Made by a program: the position numbers and the translations under genes. Under the pieces are notes generated by a model, which saw nothing but the letters and a program-made list of their open reading frames with translations, did not search any database and was not told the origin of the DNA. From Escherichia phage CBA6, in sequence record KM389300.1: a DNA stretch of 25,803 nt, one strand, 5' to 3'. Below, piece by piece: positions 14,688 to 23,223 of the stretch (position 1 is its first letter; every line of letters starts with the position of its first letter).

Positions 14688-15793
14688 TTTACCTTCTGTT
14701 TGTGGTCCCTATTATTTTAGCCATATTGTTCGTGGTTTACCATCGCAAAACCCATGAACCAAAAGAAACGCTAATTGCTACTGCGATAGTGGTTGTATTA
14801 TCCTGTCTTATCCAGGCGGGAGCATACGCTGCATTTTCCCTGGGTAGTTCGGGAGATGTTGAAATTTTGAATGGGTACGTTACTGACAAGCAACGAAATA
14901 AGGTGGGTTGTAGCCATTCTTATGAATGTATGTGCTATTACACAACTTCTTGCTCTGGTTCAGGAAATAACCGATCTTGTACACAAACGCGTCATTGCAG
15001 CACGTGCTATGAGCACTCTTATGACGTTGATTGGGACGTATTAACAACCGTCGGGGATCTGAGCATTGACCGTATTGATCGTCAGGGTACTACAGAGCCT
15101 CCGCGTTGGGCGCAAGTTAAAATCGGAGAACCTGCAGCTCGTGAACATGCATATATGAACTATGTTCTGGGGAACAAGGATTCTTTATTCTCCAAATCTG
15201 ACCAACAATTCGCTGAGAAGTTCAAAGACCATATCCCGTCATATCCAAGGGTGTATGATTATTATCGGGTGACTCGTGTTCTGAATATGTCAGGGATGGA
15301 TATTCCCGTTGATTATTGGAATGATTATCTGAACAACACTTTGAAAACATTGGGGGCATCACGTCAGGTCAATATCGTGTGGGTAGTGACTTCTGGCCAG
15401 CCTGTGGAATATTTTCAGGGGCTGCTATATGCATGGTCTGGTGGTAAAAAGAACGATGTCATTGTGGTTACTGACATATCGAAGGATATGAAAATCAATT
15501 GGGGTAAATCCACGTCATTTGCTGATGGGATGAATAACATGGAACTCCATTCCCGAAACGGTCTTTCATTGACTGGCAAACCCATGGGGATATCAGTATT
15601 CCAAGAAGTTGCAGTCAATATCAGCAAAGGATATAACCGCGTTGAAATGAAGGAAATGGAGTATCTGAAATGGCGTGACCTCAAGACATGGGAAGTGATT
15701 ATCGTCGTTTTATTAGGTTGTGTTCCGTTTACCGCAATTTTCATATTAGGCCATATGCAGTACAATGGTCGCACTTACAAACGTTTGTTTTAA
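14684..15793 (+). CDS. membrane protein with Cys-rich domain (369 aa)
   Basis: Two N-terminal TM helices and one C-terminal TM helix (WEVIIVVLLGCVPFTAIFILG); Cys-rich stretch CSHSYECMCYYTTSCSGSGNNRSCTQTRHCSTCYEHSYD between them; directly upstream of the LemA-like gene. Confidence 0.6.
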   Translation: MIYLLFVVPIILAILFVVYHRKTHEPKETLIATAIVVVLSCLIQAGAYAAFSLGSSGDVEILNGYVTDKQRNKVGCSHSYECMCYYTTSCSGSGNNRSCTQTRHCSTCYEHSYDVDWDVLTTVGDLSIDRIDRQGTTEPPRWAQVKIGEPAAREHAYMNYVLGNKDSLFSKSDQQFAEKFKDHIPSYPRVYDYYRVTRVLNMSGMDIPVDYWNDYLNNTLKTLGASRQVNIVWVVTSGQPVEYFQGLLYAWSGGKKNDVIVVTDISKDMKINWGKSTSFADGMNNMELHSRNGLSLTGKPMGISVFQEVAVNISKGYNRVEMKEMEYLKWRDLKTWEVIIVVLLGCVPFTAIFILGHMQYNGRTYKRLF

Positions 15794-15808
15794 CAAGAGG
15801 AAGTAAAG

Positions 15809-16378
15809 ATGTCGCAGCGTAAAGGTATTTCAATTGGTTGGATCATCGGTTTGGCGATTCTGGCTTTTGTTGTAATCGGTGTTGGTAGTTTCGTCAGTTA
15901 TTTCAATGATTTCAATCGTATTGAACAGCAAGTCAAAAAGTTCAATAAAGATTCTGAAAACCATCTGAGCAACTATACAAACAAAGTACAAGAGACGGCT
16001 CAGATACCTGGCCTGTACAAAGACGGTCTGAAAGAAGTGATCAAAGATACTTTCCAGGGTCGTTATGGTGCTGATGGTTCAAAGGCGGTTATGCAATGGA
16101 TCCAGGAACAGAACATCCAGTTTGATTCAAGCCTGTACAAAGAAATTCAGGTGGTCATCAGTTCAGGACGTGATGAATTCCGTATCAGCCAGACAAAGAA
16201 ATTGGACGCGTGTGCTATCTATGAAACCAAACTCGGCCAGTTCCCTGGATCTGTCATTGCTGGCATCTTTGGATACCCTCGCATCGATCTTGACAAGACC
16301 TGTCAGGTGGTGAGCGATACCCGTACCCAGGCCGCGTTTGACTCTGGGGTTCAGAACCCAATTAATTTCAAAGGTTAG
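15809..16378 (+). CDS. LemA-family membrane protein (189 aa)
   Basis: ATG at 15809 with SD AAGAGGAAG (15795..15803); N-terminal TM helix GWIIGLAILAFVVIGVGSFV; LemA-like C-terminal motif QFPGSVIAGIFGYP (compare FPTNxVAxxFGF). Confidence 0.6.
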   Translation: MSQRKGISIGWIIGLAILAFVVIGVGSFVSYFNDFNRIEQQVKKFNKDSENHLSNYTNKVQETAQIPGLYKDGLKEVIKDTFQGRYGADGSKAVMQWIQEQNIQFDSSLYKEIQVVISSGRDEFRISQTKKLDACAIYETKLGQFPGSVIAGIFGYPRIDLDKTCQVVSDTRTQAAFDSGVQNPINFKG

Positions 16379-16381
16379 ACC

Positions 16382-16807
16382 ATGAGCGTGAAACTTACTG
16401 AATCTTTGACTCTGGAACAGCAACAGGCTTTGTTGGATGAAGTGGTGATCTCTGCTATCAAACAGGGGATCATCCGTGACGACACGTTGCTTACCCGTCC
16501 TGAGATGATCCATCATCTGGTGGTGTGCCTTGGTGAGGCGAATAATCCTCGTAAGAAGATTCGCATGTTCAAAGGCGGGGTGATTTATCCAAATGGCCGT
16601 TTCGCCTTCCTGGAGCCAGTGCTGAAGTCTGATGGTGCCCCAAATAACGTTGGTGATCATATCAAAACTTCAGTTCCGGTAACTCCATACACTGAAGGAG
16701 TTGATGAATTGTCTTGGTTTGAGACAATTAACACCATCTACATCATGTCGCCGGATGGCAAACCCGTCCAGGATCTGCGCGGTGATAAAGTAGAATCCAA
16801 AGACTAA
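16382..16807 (+). CDS. hypothetical protein (141 aa)
   Basis: ATG at 16382, 3 nt after the upstream stop; followed by a terminator. Confidence 0.55.
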   Translation: MSVKLTESLTLEQQQALLDEVVISAIKQGIIRDDTLLTRPEMIHHLVVCLGEANNPRKKIRMFKGGVIYPNGRFAFLEPVLKSDGAPNNVGDHIKTSVPVTPYTEGVDELSWFETINTIYIMSPDGKPVQDLRGDKVESKD

Positions 16808-16822
16808 TCGTTCTTCAATAAA

Positions 16823-16856
16823 GGGGGATAGGGTATTATTGCTCTATCCTCTTTTT
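16823..16856 (+). terminator. intrinsic terminator
   Basis: Stem around GGATAG (16826..16831) / CTATCC (16844..16849), extended by G-U pairs, then TTTTT (16852..16856); preceded by the same 18-mer CGTTCTTCAATAAAGGGG (16809..16826) as at 13983. Confidence 0.7.
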
Positions 16857-16868
16857 ATGGAATGTAAT

Positions 16869-17240
16869 ATGTCTGACAAGCCAAGAAAGATTGCAATTAT
16901 TGGAGGAGGGGTGGGCGCTCGTACTATGGCCATCATCCTTCAAGAAAAATTGAAAGGCGTTGAGGTGGAATGCATCAGTGTTGACGACATTCCCAAACGT
17001 CGTTGTGAACCAGGCGAGCGCATGATAATTTGTGATGACCTGGTAGAAAGCGAACGTAAAATGCTGGTGTCACAAGCGGTCGCGCAATTACGAAGAACGG
17101 ATGTTTCTTGCTGTGAAGCCGAAGCCGACTACAGGGATATAATTGCCTCACAGCGTTATCAAAAGCCTCCGCGCTTGTATGGAGCCGCTCAGCATAAACG
17201 TCAAGCCAAGAAATCTAAAAATAGGAATAAACGAAAATGA
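16869..17240 (+). CDS. hypothetical protein (124 aa) with GGGxG motif and polybasic C-terminus
   Basis: ATG at 16869 (alternative ATG 16857 lies in the terminator hairpin); KIAIIGGGVGA resembles a dinucleotide-binding P-loop, but the protein is too short for a full Rossmann enzyme; tail HKRQAKKSKNRNKRK. Confidence 0.5.
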   Translation: MSDKPRKIAIIGGGVGARTMAIILQEKLKGVEVECISVDDIPKRRCEPGERMIICDDLVESERKMLVSQAVAQLRRTDVSCCEAEADYRDIIASQRYQKPPRLYGAAQHKRQAKKSKNRNKRK

Positions 17241-17683
17241 CTGCTCAAAAACCAACTTATGATGAACTGGCCGCCGCGCTGATTCATCTGGATGACGCCT
17301 TCCAAGATCTCTTCGGACAAGTGTGTTCCAACACAGTGACGAACGCTTGGGGAAAACCCGTGAACTTTTCCGTTATGAACAAACACCGCGAACAGGCGAG
17401 TTCAACTATCAGCAATCTGCGTAGAACGATGGATGCGAAACAACCAAGTATCCAGCAGTATCTGGAAAACTTCGATGAGTATTCTTTCAAAGACCTTCTG
17501 TTCAAAGACCTCGTTGAGCAAGAACAACGTCGACAGAGCAAGAACTGCTCCGAAATACAATCTTCTGATGAAATACGTGAGATTTTAGAACAAGAATTCG
17601 AAGGTACGTGCGACCCAATCGGATTGGCCGTGATGATTGTAAAAGCACTGGCATATGCAGCAAAAGGAGAAACAGATGTCTAA
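17237..17683 (+). CDS. hypothetical protein (148 aa)
   Basis: ATG at 17237 overlapping the upstream stop (ATGA); no recognisable motif. Confidence 0.55.
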   Translation: MTAQKPTYDELAAALIHLDDAFQDLFGQVCSNTVTNAWGKPVNFSVMNKHREQASSTISNLRRTMDAKQPSIQQYLENFDEYSFKDLLFKDLVEQEQRRQSKNCSEIQSSDEIREILEQEFEGTCDPIGLAVMIVKALAYAAKGETDV

Positions 17684-17882
17684 ACCATTATCTGCTGCGG
17701 CTGTAGCAACCCTCGCCTTGTCCGCGATGGCTGAAGATATGTCTCACAAAGGACGCCTCTGGGATGACCAACGTTATGCCCAAGGTTGTACCCCTGGGGA
17801 GCCTGGGCATGCCCGTCCTTCCGTTAGTCGTCCTAAAAAGGCCAAGATCCATGGAAAGAACAAAAAGAAACGCCGTAAATGA
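17676..17882 (+). CDS. small protein with signal-peptide-like N-terminus and polybasic C-terminus (68 aa)
   Basis: ATG at 17676 with strong SD AAGGAG (17664..17669); N-terminus MSKPLSAAAVATLALSAMA; tail RPKKAKIHGKNKKKRRK; overlaps the upstream gene end by 8 nt. Confidence 0.45.
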   Translation: MSKPLSAAAVATLALSAMAEDMSHKGRLWDDQRYAQGCTPGEPGHARPSVSRPKKAKIHGKNKKKRRK

Positions 17883-18054
17883 TGTCATCCCCGAATACCG
17901 CCTTCATGCATTATCTGAAGGCGAACCCAGATTATCACGTTGCCATGTGATGTTTGAAGAGGGAAAGATAATGGCCGATGAAATCCTTTTCCTTCGAGCA
18001 GAGGTCGTCCGGTTAAGTAACAATAACCCCCAAAGAAATGAGGATATGTCATGA
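17851..18054 (+). CDS. possible small ORF (67 aa), start uncertain
   Basis: Open frame between two better-supported genes; in-frame ATGs at 17851 and 17971 (the latter with SD GAGGGA); overlaps the 17676 gene in another frame; weak. Confidence 0.25.
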   Translation: MERTKRNAVNDVIPEYRLHALSEGEPRLSRCHVMFEEGKIMADEILFLRAEVVRLSNNNPQRNEDMS

Positions 18055-18404
18055 GTTCTATTGAACAGCTGATCACGCCACAATATGTTTACAGCAACAT
18101 TGTGGAACACCTTCGTTCACAACTGAATGTGAAGCAGTTGAGCAGCTCTGAATTGAGTGGTTTGGAAATTACAGAAGTTGAAGTGGCGGCGTTTGGTAGT
18201 CGTTACCATTTTGTTGTGGCTCACACCCAAGTCGAACAAGTTACTTCCAGTATCATTGAACTTGGAGCAACGAAGCCTTCACGTTCTGAGCCTAAAACCG
18301 TGGTGCGGAATATCGCAGGTTATCTGGAAGAAACGTTAGAGCCAGGCGCTACCCATCCGACATTCAACTTTAACGCTGCCGTTGTAAATGTAGACCAGAG
18401 TTAA
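18051..18404 (+). CDS. hypothetical protein (117 aa)
   Basis: ATG at 18051 with SD GAGGA (18040..18044); followed by a strong terminator. Confidence 0.55.
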   Translation: MSSIEQLITPQYVYSNIVEHLRSQLNVKQLSSSELSGLEITEVEVAAFGSRYHFVVAHTQVEQVTSSIIELGATKPSRSEPKTVVRNIAGYLEETLEPGATHPTFNFNAAVVNVDQS

Positions 18405-18412
18405 ACCTGATT

Positions 18413-18436
18413 AAGCCTCCTTTTGGAGGCTTTTTC
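18413..18436 (+). terminator. intrinsic terminator
   Basis: Stem AAGCCTCC (18413..18420) / GGAGGCTT (18425..18432), loop TTTT, T-tract to 18436. Confidence 0.75.
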
Positions 18437-18512
18437 TATTGAGTCCCCCGCTAGTATCATACCCATACCCCAATAATGTGTTCCCTTTGAAACTGAATAG
18501 GAATTCTATACT

Positions 18513-21254
18513 ATGAAAATGCGCAAGTCTGAGCATTTCGTGCGCTCTTCTTCCACTATCGTCGGACAGACATTTAATGTCAAGATGACGGATAAATTAT
18601 TTGAAACATTATTTTCAAGTCTCTACAAATATAAAGAGGCCGCATCTTTGCGTGAGACGTTATGTAACGGTATAGACTCGCATAATATGCGTGATCGCCA
18701 ACAGCGTTGGTTGCCGTCCCATTATGCCCCTCTTACCCCTATGCCCCAAAGATACAGCAAGCATCTTGCTCCCAAAGGGACGCCCGTTGTGGTCCATTTA
18801 CCTGATGTTATGGAACCATGGTTGGAAATCAAGGATTATGGGATTGGCCTTCCGTTAGAAATGATTATCGGGGAACCTATCGCAGCGCGGGAAGATGAAG
18901 TGCTTGTCGAAGGCAACATTGTTGTGAAGGAAGATGAAATCCCTGACAGCACTGCTGTTATTGGGACGCCTGGTTATTACAATGGGGTGTTGGTATTCCG
19001 CGCTGAGGATGGCGAGATCATCCGCGGACCTGGTTTGTACACCACACTCTTCCACAGCACCAAAGAGGACGACGACGGGCAGATCGGCGCGTTCGGGCTG
19101 GGTTCTAAATCCCCATTTGCAGTGTCGGACTCATTTACTGTAGAAAGTCGTTATGAAGGTAAACTGTATCGCTTCCTTATGTATCTGAATGCGGACAGGA
19201 TTCCTACTGTGGACCTGATCACCAAGGATTTGGATACCCGTGATCCGAAACCAGAAGACACTGATGAGTTCAATGGTCTGACTGTTAAAGTGCCTGTAAA
19301 GAATCAGCGATTTACCGCATTTGAACAAGAACTGGTCCGTCTGGGTCGAGTTATGCGCCCATCAATGCGCCCGAAGGTTGAAAATGCCAGTTATTCTTTC
19401 CGCTGGCAGGACATCAATTTTGAAAACCGTGTGGGCAACACGTATATTCAGCCGAAGTCTGATTCTGATAATACCCACTATGCCGTTATGGGCGGGGTTT
19501 CTTATCCGATAGATCTTGAGCAATTGGATTCTGAAATACGTTCGGTGCTGGAGAAATTCCCGAGTTCCTATACATTCTTTGAACTTGGAGAATTGAATGT
19601 TCCTCCATCACGTGAAGACTTGTCATATGACGAGTTCACCCGTGAAAGCCTGAACCGAGTGTTCAAATATGTGGCTGACAATATTATGCAGGCGAAGATG
19701 TATGAACTTCGCCAGGCCGAATCTATGGGTCCTCTTATGCTTTATATGAAGAAGGCTCAATTGACCGATATGTTCGGTAGTGGTTTCCGTAAATTAGTGG
19801 AGCGAGAATTTCCTGCAGATAACCGTTTCTACAAAGGCACGTTCCGTTATATCGGAGCGCCGGACGTCGTGCGCGATTACTCTGTGGATGCACCTTTCCG
19901 GTCTATTGGTAGTCCTTACGAAATTGAAGTACACGACGACGGTGTAGTACACGACAGCATTTATGTGAACTCTGTCGGAAATTGGTTGAAATCTAAATCA
20001 AAAATTGCTGTTATTATTGATAACTCGAATCGTGCTCGAAACCTGAAGATACAAACAGCACGCAATAACTTCAATGTCGTTATCGTCGTCAAGCCGAATG
20101 AAAATTATTTCAGTAATCGGAATCAGCTGGCGGCACATAAAGAATCATTCACCAACCATGAGGAATTGAAGTCTTATTTTGAATCATGGATCGGTGTACA
20201 AGAAACAACACCGGACTACCTGGTCTTTGCCGATAAACTGATCGAGGTTTTTGGCGATTTATTCAATCCGGATGAAGTTTATTTCATGCATGAAATGGAA
20301 TATGTTCGCCCGACCGTTGAAAAAGATCCTGGGATGTTTAGTTTCCATTACAATTCATTTAACTTCGACAGCGTTTATGAATTGGATGGAAAAACCGTTT
20401 CAGATATTATTGATTCAGGCAAAAAGATCGTATATATCGAAGTATCTGGCCGAGAAGGTATCCATAAAATTCATGGTAATACCTTACGGCAATCCACGGC
20501 TGGACATTTGCGTGAAGCGATGGAAAGAACGAAGTTCGGCGAGAATGGAAACGAAAACATGTTTGATTTGCTGGGAGCGCATCCAACAATCGTTCTTGCG
20601 CGTCGTAAATCTGTTCCGATGATGAAGAAATTCCCAGAAGTATTCATCCCCATTGACGCAGTGTTTGATATGTTGCTTGAGCATTATAAAGATGAATTTC
20701 AGGCGCTTGAATCTAAGAAACTCCTGAAACTTCGCAAGGGCATAAACATCATGTCTCATCGCATTGATTATGGTGCCAAGCTGTTGATTGATTCCCATGG
20801 AGAAGTTACGGATGGCTATGCTCATCATCAACACAGGGCAAAAGCAATCATCGGTTATGCGAAACAACAAATCACTGAAGAAGAATGGAAGGTTGTTCGT
20901 ATGCTGGCCAAACGAAACCCGTCTGGATCGGGGTATGGTTATTTCCGCAAGGCGGTTGAGGAATTACATTATCGTATAGAAATGCCTTTCTCAACTACGA
21001 GATTTTTCCGCGCCTGTAACCAGTTAACTCAAGTTGTTGATTTATTGAATGAAAAATTAACTGCTGAAGGATTTGATGAGATAAAGGTCACTAGCACTAT
21101 ATCTCAAAAGCAAAAGGCCAAAAACCGATACCGAGTTGAATGTCATCGTTTGGTGAAATTCATGATGTCAAAATATCAGCCAACGGCGCATAATGCGATT
21201 GAAGATGCCACTAGATTTGTGAAGGCTATTTCAAAACGTATTCTCGGGGCATAA
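18513..21254 (+). CDS. rIIA: rIIA protein (913 aa)
   Basis: Clear resemblance to T4 rIIA as I recall it: N-terminal ATPase-like block FNVKMTDKLFETLFSSLYKYKEAASLRETLCNGIDSHNM, GAFGLGSKSPFAVSDSFTV, GGVSYPIDLEQLD, LNVPPSREDLSYDEFTRESLNRV. Confidence 0.9.
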   Translation: MKMRKSEHFVRSSSTIVGQTFNVKMTDKLFETLFSSLYKYKEAASLRETLCNGIDSHNMRDRQQRWLPSHYAPLTPMPQRYSKHLAPKGTPVVVHLPDVMEPWLEIKDYGIGLPLEMIIGEPIAAREDEVLVEGNIVVKEDEIPDSTAVIGTPGYYNGVLVFRAEDGEIIRGPGLYTTLFHSTKEDDDGQIGAFGLGSKSPFAVSDSFTVESRYEGKLYRFLMYLNADRIPTVDLITKDLDTRDPKPEDTDEFNGLTVKVPVKNQRFTAFEQELVRLGRVMRPSMRPKVENASYSFRWQDINFENRVGNTYIQPKSDSDNTHYAVMGGVSYPIDLEQLDSEIRSVLEKFPSSYTFFELGELNVPPSREDLSYDEFTRESLNRVFKYVADNIMQAKMYELRQAESMGPLMLYMKKAQLTDMFGSGFRKLVEREFPADNRFYKGTFRYIGAPDVVRDYSVDAPFRSIGSPYEIEVHDDGVVHDSIYVNSVGNWLKSKSKIAVIIDNSNRARNLKIQTARNNFNVVIVVKPNENYFSNRNQLAAHKESFTNHEELKSYFESWIGVQETTPDYLVFADKLIEVFGDLFNPDEVYFMHEMEYVRPTVEKDPGMFSFHYNSFNFDSVYELDGKTVSDIIDSGKKIVYIEVSGREGIHKIHGNTLRQSTAGHLREAMERTKFGENGNENMFDLLGAHPTIVLARRKSVPMMKKFPEVFIPIDAVFDMLLEHYKDEFQALESKKLLKLRKGINIMSHRIDYGAKLLIDSHGEVTDGYAHHQHRAKAIIGYAKQQITEEEWKVVRMLAKRNPSGSGYGYFRKAVEELHYRIEMPFSTTRFFRACNQLTQVVDLLNEKLTAEGFDEIKVTSTISQKQKAKNRYRVECHRLVKFMMSKYQPTAHNAIEDATRFVKAISKRILGA

Positions 21255-21261
21255 TAGCCCC
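21246..21261 (+). promoter_or_regulatory. hairpin spanning the rIIA stop codon
   Basis: GGGGC (21246..21250) / GCCCC (21257..21261) with loop ATAATA containing the rIIA stop TAA (21252..21254); no T-tract; 25 nt before the rIIB start. Confidence 0.35.
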
Positions 21262-21286
21262 ATTACCCCACAGTGAGAACTACAAG

Positions 21287-22870
21287 ATGAATGCTATAGA
21301 AAAACGTATTCTCAAGCTGTTGAATGAGAACAGAAGTCAAAGTTCAATAGCCAGTGAATTGGGCGTACCGCGCTCAATGATACAACGCGTGTCGGATAAA
21401 GAACTGGGAGTGGATCCGGCTTCGATTAAGTCTCTGACCACTGAACAGATTCAAGAAATACAAACCAAGAGCAGCAAAGGTGAAAGCAATTCTTCTCTGG
21501 CATCAGTTTATGGTGTCAGTGCCAAAACAATTGCCCGTGCCCTGATGGTTCGTATCATCAAAGAATCTAATAACGTGGTCGTGATTTCGCCAATTAAAGA
21601 ATTGACTGAAGAAGGCAAAATCCCCGACACCTATGAAGTTCTGGAAGGTTCGGTGTCTGTCGATTCTGAAGGCGAAGAATGGTATGTTGGCCGTTTCCTG
21701 GAAAACCAAACAGTGTTTATCTGTATGCGTTATGATAGCTCTGCTGCTATTCAGGCCAAACTTTTCAGAAGCGAAGAACTGAAACCGTTAGAAACTCGGT
21801 CAAGCCGCTTCAATGAAGAAAATATTTCGCCGTTAGCAGAACTGGCTACTGCATTGGTTGATGGCGTGGTTAAAGTCAATGATGGTGTGGAAATCAGCGT
21901 ACAGCATGACGGTGAAACATATCCGATGCGCGGTTCCCTTGATGCCCGTCGGCGCGTGGGTTACTTTGATGCAATTTTAGGCCGTACACTTCGTCTGGCA
22001 TTGTCATCCGTATTATTCGTGGTCAAGACGGTTGCAGTTGTTGAAGAAACAGGCGACAAGCAAACTCAGAATTCATTTAATGAAAAAGAACTGTCTGTGT
22101 TCCTGAACGAACACCAGATCATGATTTTGCCGGAAAGTATCGTGATTGTGGTCGATGGTAAACCGGAAACGATCACAACGAGCCACCAGGCGTATGACCG
22201 TATTGTTGAAGCGATTAAAAATCGTGACGTCAAAACAGCTTACACTCTGATGAAACCGCGTGAAGCCATCAAACAATTCACTACAGGCATGGTTGATCTT
22301 TCAGACAATCGTGTTCGCTGGGGTGGCTATGATATCACCGGAACTTCCGTTGCCAAACGCATTTTGGCTTTGGCATTAAAAGGCGATTATCCGAACTTGG
22401 AACGCTTGGGCCGTTTCCTTGATAAGATGTTCCAAAACCCGAGCGCTGCTCTGGTTCAGTCTGGTCGGATCTATGAATTCATGGCATACTCAGACATTGA
22501 GATTCATGAAGACGGCGACATTATTCTATACAAATCCGTTCGCGGAAATTATATGGATAAGCGCACAGGTAAAGTCAGCAACGCACCTGGCACTATCGTC
22601 CGGATGGCTCGCTCATTCGTGAACGATAACAACAAAGACCTGTGCTCCTATGGTCTTCACGTTTGTTCTCTGGCGTATCTGAAACAATGTTTCGGTAGCC
22701 TGGGCCAGCGGGTTGTGCGTTGTAAACTGAACCCGAAAGACATCGTGTCTATCACTGATGATTACGGTTCTAGTAAAATCCGTTGCTGTGAATATCTCGT
22801 GATGGATGACTATACCACGGAATACAACCGCCAACATAAATCTATTGACGTTGACGGTCTGTACAAGTAA
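21287..22870 (+). CDS. rIIB: rIIB protein (527 aa)
   Basis: N-terminal block SLTTEQIQEIQTKSSKGESNSSLASVYGVSAKTIARAL and C-terminal block LCSYGLHVCSLAYLKQCFGSLGQRVVRCKLNPKDIVSITDDYGSSKIRCCEYLVMDDYTTEY resemble T4 rIIB; immediately downstream of rIIA. Confidence 0.88.
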   Translation: MNAIEKRILKLLNENRSQSSIASELGVPRSMIQRVSDKELGVDPASIKSLTTEQIQEIQTKSSKGESNSSLASVYGVSAKTIARALMVRIIKESNNVVVISPIKELTEEGKIPDTYEVLEGSVSVDSEGEEWYVGRFLENQTVFICMRYDSSAAIQAKLFRSEELKPLETRSSRFNEENISPLAELATALVDGVVKVNDGVEISVQHDGETYPMRGSLDARRRVGYFDAILGRTLRLALSSVLFVVKTVAVVEETGDKQTQNSFNEKELSVFLNEHQIMILPESIVIVVDGKPETITTSHQAYDRIVEAIKNRDVKTAYTLMKPREAIKQFTTGMVDLSDNRVRWGGYDITGTSVAKRILALALKGDYPNLERLGRFLDKMFQNPSAALVQSGRIYEFMAYSDIEIHEDGDIILYKSVRGNYMDKRTGKVSNAPGTIVRMARSFVNDNNKDLCSYGLHVCSLAYLKQCFGSLGQRVVRCKLNPKDIVSITDDYGSSKIRCCEYLVMDDYTTEYNRQHKSIDVDGLYK

Positions 22871-22888
22871 CCGCGAACTGACATAAAA

Positions 22889-22914
22889 GAGGAGGCTTCG
22901 GCCTCCTTTTCTTT
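22889..22914 (+). terminator. intrinsic terminator
   Basis: Stem AGGAGGC (22890..22896) / GCCTCCT (22901..22907) with TTCG tetraloop, then TTTTCTTT. Confidence 0.8.
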
Positions 22915-22923
22915 GAGGTTAAT

Positions 22924-23223
22924 ATGGAAACCAGAGATGTTTACTTCGTGTATGAGCAACAGGCATTTGGATCACTGCGTCGAAAAACAAAGTTCCTTGT
23001 TGATTCATTCCAATTTGAGGGTGAACTCAGAGAATACTCGTTTAAGAATTTTCCTCCAAGAGAAGTCAGCGGTGACCAGTTTGTAAAATTGTTTTGTCGT
23101 TGCGGTGGGTGTGACTTCAATGACGACGGATATTCCATGCACGTTTATTGCTGCAATTGCTGTGGTAAATACATTACAGTCTATAGGAGAACTGATCATG
23201 GCGAAGACACCAAAGAAAATTGA
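22924..23223 (+). CDS. small Cys-rich protein (99 aa), possible zinc-binding
   Basis: ATG at 22924 with SD GAGG (22914..22917); Cys cluster CRCGGCDFNDDGYSMHVYCCNCCGKY; 3' end overlaps the next gene. Confidence 0.5.
   Translation: METRDVYFVYEQQAFGSLRRKTKFLVDSFQFEGELREYSFKNFPPREVSGDQFVKLFCRCGGCDFNDDGYSMHVYCCNCCGKYITVYRRTDHGEDTKEN

Noticed and set aside
16163-16660. 165-aa ORF on the - strand
   Set aside because: Antisense to the LemA-like gene and the next gene; no SD; the + strand genes are tightly coupled.
18439-18460. Possible sigma70 promoter (TTGAGT ... TATCAT) upstream of rIIA
   Set aside because: The spacer between the hexamers is about 10 nt, far from the 16-18 nt needed. It may still be part of an unrecognised phage-specific promoter.
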